Source: Aestuariivirga sp. (lineage in GTDB: Bacteria; Pseudomonadota; Alphaproteobacteria; Rhizobiales; Aestuariivirgaceae). Taken from it: 24,000 bases of DNA. The notes below the pieces were generated by a model that worked only from the letters and a program-made list of their open reading frames with translations, had not been told where the DNA came from and made no database searches. Shown piece by piece: positions 7,635-14,102 of the stretch (position 1 is the first letter of the stretch; every line of letters begins with the position of its first letter). The stretch spans positions 2,019 to 26,018 of the forward strand of contig JAYWAB010000196.1 of the NCBI GenBank assembly GCA_043782835.1, given 5' to 3'. A program made the position numbers and the translations under genes.

Positions 7635-8819
7635 ATGCCAACACTGCGACTGATAAAATCGATCATCGATAAGATTCCACTCACGGACAGCGGCCAGTGC
7701 CTGTACCGCGACACTGATCTGACCGGATTTGGACTCTGCGTGGGCACACGCAGAAAGACATATTTCGTTGAAGGGCGTCTTAACAACCGCCGTGTCCGTC
7801 AGGCTTACGGGCAATACCCGTTGATGACCGTGGAACAAGCGCGGAGCGAAGCCATGGGCAGGCTTGCTTCGCTGATGCAGGGCATCAACCCCGAAGCCGC
7901 CAATAGAGCCAAGAAGGCGCGGGACATGACATTAGGCGAGGCTTTTGCCGCTTATTTTGAGGCGAAGCCAAATCTGGCCGCGCCGACGATGGACAACTAT
8001 CAACGCTCGCGTGACCTTTATCTAAAAGATTGGCTGAAGTTGTCACTGCGCGAAATCACACGCGACTTGGTGTTAGCGAAGCACCGTCAGATTGGCAGGG
8101 ATCATGGCGGTATAACCGGCAACAACGCGATGAGGCACTTTCGGGCTGTCTTCAATTTTGTGGGCTCGCTCCACGATGAATACCCACCGTGCCCTACGGT
8201 TGTCCTGACCAGAACGCGGTCATGGGTGCCACAGCACCGTCGTCGAACTTTGGTTGCCGCTCACCAGTTACCCGCGTGGTGGCGCGCGGTGATGGCTGAG
8301 GAACCTCACGCGAGAGATTTTTTGTTAGTGGCGATTTTCACAGGTATGAGGCGCAACGAAATTTCTAAATTGAAGTGGGAACATATCGACCTTGTAGGTA
8401 AAACGTTGAACATTCCGCGCACAAAAAATGGTGACCCGCTTGAACTGCCATTGTCTGAATTTCTCTGCGGCGTAATCGCGCGACGTCGTGAATTGGTTGG
8501 CCAATGCGAATACGTGTTTCCCGGACCGGGAGCCACAAAACACATCGTCGAGACGAAGCGGTTCCTGAGCCGCGTTGTGTGGAATTCGGGCGTGAAGTTT
8601 ACTCTGCACGATTTGCGCAGGAGTTTTATCACAATCGCTGAGTCACTGGATATTTCAACCTACGGATTGAAACGCTTGCTGAACCACAGGGCTGACAACG
8701 ATGTAACGGCTGGCTACATTGTGATCGGGGCTGAGAGACTGCGTGGGCCCGTGGAACGTATAGCTGCACAGATATTGGAGTTAGCCAATGCCCAAGAAAA
8801 AGCCCCAATCGGAACTTGA
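7635..8819 (+). CDS. int: tyrosine recombinase / phage-type integrase (P4-like, N-terminal DUF4102 arm-binding domain)
   Basis: 394 aa. GGGAG lies upstream of the ATG. The N-terminus LYRDTDLTGFGLCVGTRRKTYFVEGRLNNRRVRQAYGQYPLMTVEQARSEA is DUF4102-like. The catalytic pattern is FTGMRRNEISKLKW (R), TLHDLRRSF (HxxR), LLNHR (H) and VTAGYI (Y). Confidence 0.9.
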   Translation: MPTLRLIKSIIDKIPLTDSGQCLYRDTDLTGFGLCVGTRRKTYFVEGRLNNRRVRQAYGQYPLMTVEQARSEAMGRLASLMQGINPEAANRAKKARDMTLGEAFAAYFEAKPNLAAPTMDNYQRSRDLYLKDWLKLSLREITRDLVLAKHRQIGRDHGGITGNNAMRHFRAVFNFVGSLHDEYPPCPTVVLTRTRSWVPQHRRRTLVAAHQLPAWWRAVMAEEPHARDFLLVAIFTGMRRNEISKLKWEHIDLVGKTLNIPRTKNGDPLELPLSEFLCGVIARRRELVGQCEYVFPGPGATKHIVETKRFLSRVVWNSGVKFTLHDLRRSFITIAESLDISTYGLKRLLNHRADNDVTAGYIVIGAERLRGPVERIAAQILELANAQEKAPIGT

Positions 8820-9504
8820 TGACATTGTACCACAACACCTTTTGGATAGTGCGGCAAAATTCGCCAATGTGAATTTTGGTGTCCACCTTGAAGAAGCAAA
8901 TGTGGGAGATGAGAATCTACAGGCAGCAGGTGTCTCAAGGTCGGTTTTGGAAACAGTCCTCCTCGCAATTATTCAAGGTCACCCCGATCCGAAAGACCAA
9001 CAGCGCACCGATCTAAGCCGATTAAAGTGCGCCGTCGAGGCGCTAACAAGTCGCGAGGCTGCTTGGACACCGTGGATGGACCCTGAGCGTCGGTATATTG
9101 AAATGGCGTTACAGATAGCACAACGGCACGGTAAGCTGCGAGAAGTCATGAGTGTTGGAACGCGTCACGGCAGCAAGAAGGACAAATTCACGCCGTATGT
9201 TCGTTTGGCAAAGGAACAAATAGACAAAAAGAAAATCGAGGAGTTCACAGTTGCTGATGAAGAGAACGTGAAGAACATTGCTGCGAAATTTTCTGGAAAA
9301 TACTATACTAAGCAAGCAGCGCTGAAGAATGACTTAAATCCCAAGAACGCATATCATAACTCCAACTTTCCTGAGATTTGGCATCGCATCACAATGCGAC
9401 ACGATTTTTTGGCTGAAAGTCTCGAATTGCAAACGGCGGATCGTATTTTGCGGGAGTTTGGCAATTGGGGACTGAACTACAAAATTCGACTACCATGGGA
9501 CTAG
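8788..9504 (+). CDS. hypothetical protein
   Basis: 238 aa. GGAG at 8777-8780 lies 7 nt before the ATG. The ORF overlaps the integrase 3' end by 32 nt. No domain recognised. Confidence 0.5.
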   Translation: MPKKKPQSELDDIVPQHLLDSAAKFANVNFGVHLEEANVGDENLQAAGVSRSVLETVLLAIIQGHPDPKDQQRTDLSRLKCAVEALTSREAAWTPWMDPERRYIEMALQIAQRHGKLREVMSVGTRHGSKKDKFTPYVRLAKEQIDKKKIEEFTVADEENVKNIAAKFSGKYYTKQAALKNDLNPKNAYHNSNFPEIWHRITMRHDFLAESLELQTADRILREFGNWGLNYKIRLPWD

Positions 9505-9593
9505 CAGCCAGCCAATCAAGCGAACAGTTTGAATAATCCTTCCCGTGTTGCTAGCAGCAATTTCATTGAGAGTTCGAAGCCAAGCATCACTAC

Positions 9594-9851
9594 TTGGAGT
9601 CGAACAAGATGGAAAAAGAAAAGAAGAAGCGTGGTCCCGTAGTTTCTACCCACCACGCACTGAGTGAGCGCCACGCAGCTATCCGCTGTGGCGTTTCCTA
9701 CAGGACTATGATCCGCAATCGCGAGAAGGACATTGGCCCGCCTTACTTGCAGGCAGGCGGCAAGGGCAAGCGCGTCACTTATCCGTTAAGGCAACTTGAG
9801 GCTTGGATTACGGACAATTTGCTTGGCGCAAAGTCCAAGGTGGAGGCGTGA
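9594..9851 (+). CDS. AlpA/excisionase-family (HTH_17, MerR-like) DNA-binding protein
   Basis: LSERHAAIRCGVSYRTMIRNREKDIGPPYLQAGGKGKRVTYPLRQLEAWI fits the excisionase/AlpA HTH followed by a wing and the xxLxxWI ending. The first ATG is at 9609, and the TTG at 9594 is the ORF-track start. The position between int and the primase gene is typical. Confidence 0.6.
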   Translation: MESNKMEKEKKKRGPVVSTHHALSERHAAIRCGVSYRTMIRNREKDIGPPYLQAGGKGKRVTYPLRQLEAWITDNLLGAKSKVEA

Positions 9852-9853
9852 CC

Positions 9854-10042
9854 ATGGCCGACACAAATCCAGCAGATATGCCAGCTCAAATCAGCGAAGA
9901 TTCTGAAGCGAAATTCGTTCAACCTGCGAAGCGCCCTGCGTCTAATGTTGCACCTGACTCATGCGCAACTTGTAGCACCCACCACACCTGCGAATTGATG
10001 AAGCTGAAGCTCGCCTTCAAGCCATCTGCCCAGTCGCGCTAG
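9854..10042 (+). CDS. small hypothetical protein (62 aa)
   Basis: The ATG at 9854 lies 2 nt after the previous stop. It fills the gap before the primase-helicase gene. No domain. Coding status is uncertain. Confidence 0.3.
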   Translation: MADTNPADMPAQISEDSEAKFVQPAKRPASNVAPDSCATCSTHHTCELMKLKLAFKPSAQSR

Positions 10043-10063
10043 TTTTGCAAGGAACACGCCAAA

Positions 10064-12037
10064 ATGTCCTTAAAAATTGACGCGCAAGTCATTGCAGATG
10101 GCCTCGGCAACCCAAAGCGCAGTGGCAGAGGCTTCATGGTGCGCTGTCCTGCCCACGAAGACAATAAACCCTCGCTTTATGTTGCTGACGGCATTGACGA
10201 CAGCATCGTCCTGAAATGCCATGCTGGCTGCACGTTCCAAGAAGTGCGGTCAACGCTCCAGGCGCGAGGGTTATGGCCTTCCTCGGTAACGGGTAAAGAC
10301 AAGGGGCAGGCTAAGGCCGCAAAGCCCGCAGAAGAGTATGAAATTGTCTCGCCTGTTCCAAGTGACGCGCCACCTATAGAATATCAAAAAGTTGTGGGCT
10401 TCGAACCAACTCATAAATATGCATACCGCGATGCACTGGGGCAGGTGACATTCATTGTCGCCCGCCAAGACAAAGAAAACGGCAAAGAAATTCGACCTGT
10501 AATCTATACCCGCAACAAGACTACTGGCGCGTTCCAGTGGCTTGCCAAGGGCTTGCCCGCGCCGCGCCCGTTATACGGCCTCGATAAGTTGGCAAAGCGT
10601 GCAGACGCTCCTGTGATCCTTGTGGAAGGCGAGAAAACCGCGAATGCTGCGGCCAAGCAACTGAGTGAATATGTGGCAGTCACTTGGGCAGGCGGTGCGA
10701 AGGGGATTCAGTATTGCGACTTTTCCGCGCTGAGGGGCCGAGACGTAACGCTGTGGCCAGACAATGATGACGCTGGCAAGGCTGCCATGGCATCGCTTGT
10801 GCCGATCCTGAAACAGCACGGTGCAAAGAGGATCAGGCAAGTTCAGATTCCTGACAGCCTGCCCAAAAAGTGGGATTTGGCCGATCCCATTCCTGAGGGG
10901 ATCGACATAAATGCGATGCTAACAAACGCCTCAGAAGCGAACACTGGTTTGCGGTCGCATGTGCTCACATCATCCGCGCTTTCACGACTCAACATTCCTC
11001 CCCGCGAATTCATCGTTGAGCCGTTTTTACCAAAGGCCAGCCTCAGCATGATCTACGCTGAACGCGGTATAGGCAAAACGTGGCTGACGCTCAGTCTGGC
11101 GGTAGCAGTAAGCCATGGCGATGACTTTCTTGCCTTTCCTGTTTCAAAGGCACGGCATGTTTTGTACATCGACGGTGAGATGGCGCTCTATGATCTGAAG
11201 TCGCGCATTATAGCTCTGGATGACGGCGACAATGATCACTTACACCTGTTGCCATCAGAAAGCCTTTTCCGAATGGATCGCCCGCTCAACATCAACGCCG
11301 TTGAAGATCAGCAACGCATTGTTGAGGTGATCCAAACAATGATTGCCGAAGGAAGCCCGCCGGAGCTTATTGTTTTGGACAACTTGTCCTCGCTATCAGC
11401 TGGCACTGACGAAAATAACAACTCGGAGTTGGACAAACTTTTGCACTGGTTGGTAGGAATGCGCCACCTCAACCTCGCCATTCTGCTTGTGCATCATGCG
11501 GGAAAATCTGGCGACCAGCGCGGTGCATCGCGCCGTGAGGACTTGTTGGACACGTCAATAAAGCTCAGCCGCCCCAAGCCCCAGAAAGGCCCCAAGGGCG
11601 GTGATAATAATGATGACGAGCCGGACGAAGAACATGACGGTGCATTCTTCGAACTTGAGTTTGTAAAAACGCGGGGTATCCGGCCAATGCCGCATAAATT
11701 CTTCATGCGCTTGGTTGAAGGTGAAAACGGCAAGCTGGAATGGTCCACAGAGACGGGCAGCGGCGCAACATCGTTGGACAAGATGCTCAAGCGGATGGCG
11801 CTGAAGCCATACAGCAGCCAGCTGGATTTGGCGAACGAGATGAAGCGCTCTACGGGCCTGATCAGCCAGAATTGCACAAAGTTGAGAGACAAGGGCTTCT
11901 TGGGCGAAGGCTTGAGAGTCACAAGGGAAGGGCGCATTCACTTGATTGCTCTTTGGCCGGAACTCGAAAAAGATTTTTTGAAACAGGAAACGCTACCATT
12001 TCCGAAGCAGCAGTTGCCCGACGACGACACGATTTAG
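10064..12037 (+). CDS. bifunctional primase-helicase: zinc-binding N-terminus, Toprim domain, RecA-like AAA_25/RepA-type ATPase and a C-terminal winged-helix-like region
   Basis: 657 aa. Zinc motif CPAHEDNKPSL...LKCHAGC. Toprim motifs VILVEGEKTANAA and LWPDNDDAGKAAM. Walker A is AERGIGKTW (nt 11061-11080). Walker B-like LIVLDNLSSL, then LLVHHAGKSGDQRG. An acidic linker GGDNNDDEPDEEHD follows. The C-terminal LDLANEMKRSTGLISQNCTKLRDKGFL looks like a wHTH. Confidence 0.8.
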   Translation: MSLKIDAQVIADGLGNPKRSGRGFMVRCPAHEDNKPSLYVADGIDDSIVLKCHAGCTFQEVRSTLQARGLWPSSVTGKDKGQAKAAKPAEEYEIVSPVPSDAPPIEYQKVVGFEPTHKYAYRDALGQVTFIVARQDKENGKEIRPVIYTRNKTTGAFQWLAKGLPAPRPLYGLDKLAKRADAPVILVEGEKTANAAAKQLSEYVAVTWAGGAKGIQYCDFSALRGRDVTLWPDNDDAGKAAMASLVPILKQHGAKRIRQVQIPDSLPKKWDLADPIPEGIDINAMLTNASEANTGLRSHVLTSSALSRLNIPPREFIVEPFLPKASLSMIYAERGIGKTWLTLSLAVAVSHGDDFLAFPVSKARHVLYIDGEMALYDLKSRIIALDDGDNDHLHLLPSESLFRMDRPLNINAVEDQQRIVEVIQTMIAEGSPPELIVLDNLSSLSAGTDENNNSELDKLLHWLVGMRHLNLAILLVHHAGKSGDQRGASRREDLLDTSIKLSRPKPQKGPKGGDNNDDEPDEEHDGAFFELEFVKTRGIRPMPHKFFMRLVEGENGKLEWSTETGSGATSLDKMLKRMALKPYSSQLDLANEMKRSTGLISQNCTKLRDKGFLGEGLRVTREGRIHLIALWPELEKDFLKQETLPFPKQQLPDDDTI

Positions 12038-12052
12038 GGGGCACGGCCCCCT
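12036..12052 (+). terminator. GC-rich hairpin overlapping the primase-helicase stop codon (AGGGGGC-ACG-GCCCCCT)
   Basis: Perfect 7-bp stem with a 3-nt loop. It is followed by TATGAGTTT, which is only a weak U-tract, so terminator function is tentative. Confidence 0.35.
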
Positions 12053-12086
12053 TATGAGTTTGCATGCCACAAGGGTAAAGTTTACT

Positions 12087-12111
12087 GTTTAACCCGCCTA
12101 GCGGGTTAAAC
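12087..12111. repeat. perfect 25-nt palindrome GTTTAACCCGC-CTA-GCGGGTTAAAC
   Basis: 11-bp arms and a 3-nt loop, read directly. Related half-site-like words lie downstream: CTAAACCC at 12111-12118, TTAACCC at 12126-12132 and CTAAACC at 12143-12149. TGCCACA(A/G)G occurs at 12065 and 12133. Candidate protein-binding, origin or terminator structure. Confidence 0.5.
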
Positions 12112-12228
12112 TAAACCCAGCCCCCTTAACCCTGCCACAGGACTAAACCAAACCGCTGGAACCCGATTTCTGAAGGCCACACTGGAGCCGATTGTTATCT
12201 TAGGGCTCATACCCTTATTTTTCTTGGC

Positions 12229-12711
12229 ATGCACCTTTCGTTGCCAGCGGTTGCCCCACATTCCAATCATACGGAAACAAGCAGCCAAATATTGTTAAAG
12301 CGAGCCGCATACGTGGCCGCGCACCGCGAATACTTTGACTACCTGCAATTGTTACTTGACCGAGCCGCGTTGCCTTATTGCGATGTGCATCTGCCGAACC
12401 TTACCACAATGGCGGCGATGGTGGCTGAGTTGCAGGACATGAACCATATGGTGCCATGGCTCAATAGCGTGGTGCTGGGCCGCGTCTTGCATCGCTTATT
12501 GCCCGGATTGTTGAAGTGGCATGGCTCTGACCATGCAATCTGGTTTCATGGGAATCAGGTCCAGATACATTTATCCACGACCTGCTATCGTTTTCCCGAA
12601 GTAAGTAAAGCACGAATTGCCTATGAGATGTTCTCTGATTCCAGAATTGATTGGCGCAACGATTTCGACCAGTGGCAGGAAATTGCGTCGCGCTCAGACG
12701 GTCAGATATAA
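12229..12711 (+). CDS. hypothetical protein
   Basis: 160-aa ORF. Its stop lies 3 nt from the stop of the convergent HExxH gene. No domain recognised, the start is uncertain, and coding status is only moderately supported. Confidence 0.35.
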   Translation: MHLSLPAVAPHSNHTETSSQILLKRAAYVAAHREYFDYLQLLLDRAALPYCDVHLPNLTTMAAMVAELQDMNHMVPWLNSVVLGRVLHRLLPGLLKWHGSDHAIWFHGNQVQIHLSTTCYRFPEVSKARIAYEMFSDSRIDWRNDFDQWQEIASRSDGQI

Positions 12712-12714
12712 AAT

Positions 12715-13704
12715 CTAAGTTGCGAGATGACGGTGTAATCTAAAAAGTGCTTCATCAAAGATTGAAGCTGCCGTGTGCGATAATTCGCTGGATTTAAAGC
12801 TCTCTTCCGGCGCAATCCAGACTTGGATAATGTCTGAGAGAATTTCGGCTGCGGCACTATCTTGTCGAAGCTTGAAAACATCAAGACATTTGAATAGCCT
12901 CTCTGCAACCGGAGGATATTCGGCGCTTATTCTTGACTGGTCATGTTCAAATAAAGCAACCCAGATTAAACCTAACCCGTTTGCAATAGCTTGCCGTTCG
13001 AGTTGCAGTTCTGCTTTATCGGGTTTTTCGCCTACAGCTCGGTTAGGGGCAGCTTGCAGGCCACCCTTCAACCATTTTGTAGCTTCGAGATCAGCCTCAA
13101 GTTCACAATCTTGATGCGAAAGAAATTCATTTTTTTGTCGAGCAGCGTGTCGTAACTGGACGTGCGCGATCTCATGACGTAAAATCCAATCAAGAGCCCA
13201 CGTAAAGAACTTCAAACCTAATTCATCGTCGGAACCTGCTGGCGGTGATGGATCAATTCGTGCGGCCCATGCGGGCCAATATTCGAGCGAAGCGACTTGG
13301 GATGGTATATCTTGACTGCAAAATCGGCGAGCAAGTTCGAGGCAGTCCAGGCCTTTTTCAAGTTCATGGTCAGCGTCTATTTCTAGACGGTCCATCTTGT
13401 TTCTCTTTCCTTCGAACATACGCCGCGCCAAGCGGGCAGCTCCTTGGGAAAATGCCCAAAGGCTCGCAATGCCGTTCCAAGTAATGCGTACCGGACCAGC
13501 GGGATCAATGACCATGAATTCGGCGCGAGCATTTCCCTTACCAAGCGGAACCTCTTCGATCTGGAGGGCGAGATCTGCAACGCTCACTCCCGCTCCCGCT
13601 TTGGCCGCAGCAAATCTTGACTCGATCAAGGGTAGAAAGACATTGAAGAGGGGACTGATAGGCAAAGGCAGATTCCAAGTCATGACAAGAGTGAGTGGGA
13701 ACAT
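12715..13704 (-). CDS. HExxH zinc-metallopeptidase-like protein (possibly peptidase U49/Lit-like)
   Basis: 329 aa. WILRHEIAHVQLRH carries the HEIAH motif (encoded at nt 13162-13176, minus strand), followed by acidic residues (ELEADLEA) that could supply a third ligand. The size and the central position of the motif resemble Lit-type phage-exclusion proteases. That assignment is from memory and is unverified. Confidence 0.6.
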   Translation of the reverse strand: MFPLTLVMTWNLPLPISPLFNVFLPLIESRFAAAKAGAGVSVADLALQIEEVPLGKGNARAEFMVIDPAGPVRITWNGIASLWAFSQGAARLARRMFEGKRNKMDRLEIDADHELEKGLDCLELARRFCSQDIPSQVASLEYWPAWAARIDPSPPAGSDDELGLKFFTWALDWILRHEIAHVQLRHAARQKNEFLSHQDCELEADLEATKWLKGGLQAAPNRAVGEKPDKAELQLERQAIANGLGLIWVALFEHDQSRISAEYPPVAERLFKCLDVFKLRQDSAAAEILSDIIQVWIAPEESFKSSELSHTAASIFDEALFRLHRHLAT

Positions 13705-13819
13705 GATAACTTAAAGTGGCCTCTAAAAACAGTCGCACGTTGTGTTGGTGAAAATATGGACAATTCCAGCCAAAGCGATAACACTTTGTAGTGTTTCAGT
13801 GACCAACTTTATGGAGGGC

Positions 13820-13895
13820 TGGTGCTGCTTGCAGGATTCGAACCTGCGACCCCCGCATTACGAATGCGGTGCTCTACCAACTGAGCTAAAGCAGC
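13820..13895 (-). tRNA. tRNA-Thr (anticodon CGU), CCA encoded
   Basis: The reverse complement is GCTGCTTTAGCTCAGTTGGTAGAGCACCGCATTCGTAATGCGGGGGTCGCAGGTTCGAATCCTGCAAGCAGCACCA. It folds as a clean cloverleaf. The acceptor stem is GCTGCTT/AAGCAGC and the D stem is GCTC/GAGC. The anticodon stem is CCGCA/TGCGG with loop TTCGTAA. The T stem is GCAGG/CCTGC with loop TTCGAAT. Confidence 0.92.
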
Positions 13896-14002
13896 CTATT
13901 TTCGCCAAACGGATATTATTTGGCGCTTAATTTTTTTCACAGTCTTAATTCACCGCTCTAACTCATTGTCACCATTCGTTTTTCAAAAGAGCGACTCCCC
14001 TT

Positions 14003-14043
14003 TTACGAATGCGGTGCTCTACCAACTGAGCTAAAGCGGCCTA
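14003..14043 (-). repeat. direct repeat of the 5' half of tRNA-Thr (positions 1-38 plus 3 upstream nt); att-like scar or tRNA pseudogene fragment
   Basis: 14003-14043 matches 13858-13898 at 40 of 41 positions. The single A/G difference falls at tRNA position 3. Identity starts exactly at the 3' edge of the anticodon loop. The ~20 nt to the left (13982-14002) keep only patchy similarity to the 3' half (GCGACTCCCC vs GCGACCCCCG, TTCAAA vs TTCGAA). Confidence 0.85.
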
Positions 14044-14064
14044 AGCTCGGGCAGTGCACCCGAA

Positions 14065-14095
14065 CCTGAAAGACCGCTGGTTAGACGGTTTCAGG
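14065..14095 (-). terminator. hairpin just downstream of the hemY-like stop; candidate terminator
   Basis: CCTGAAA(GA)CCG-CTGGTTAGA-CGGTTTCAGG forms 7+3 bp stems with a 2-nt bulge. It lies 8 nt beyond the stop codon (14103-14105). There is no strong U-tract. Confidence 0.35.
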
Positions 14096-14102
14096 GTCAT
14101 TT

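Noticed and set aside
7427-7672. Two overlapping small ORFs (81 aa and 66 aa) upstream of and overlapping the integrase start
   Set aside because: They have no SD and an odd composition, and they are mutually exclusive with each other and with the int start. The region more likely holds int and divergent-gene promoters.
1-13819. Search for a second copy of the tRNA-Thr 3' segment (TGGTGCTGCTTGCAGGATTCGAACC...) that would mark the other island att site, especially near 6873-6970 and 7403-7634
   Set aside because: I found no convincing match by eye anywhere in the window. Only short chance matches such as CTTCGAACC at about 10400 turned up. The left att site is presumably outside the window or degraded.
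13742-13930. 62-aa ORF on the plus strand
   Set aside because: It is read straight through the antisense of the tRNA-Thr gene, so it is an artefact.
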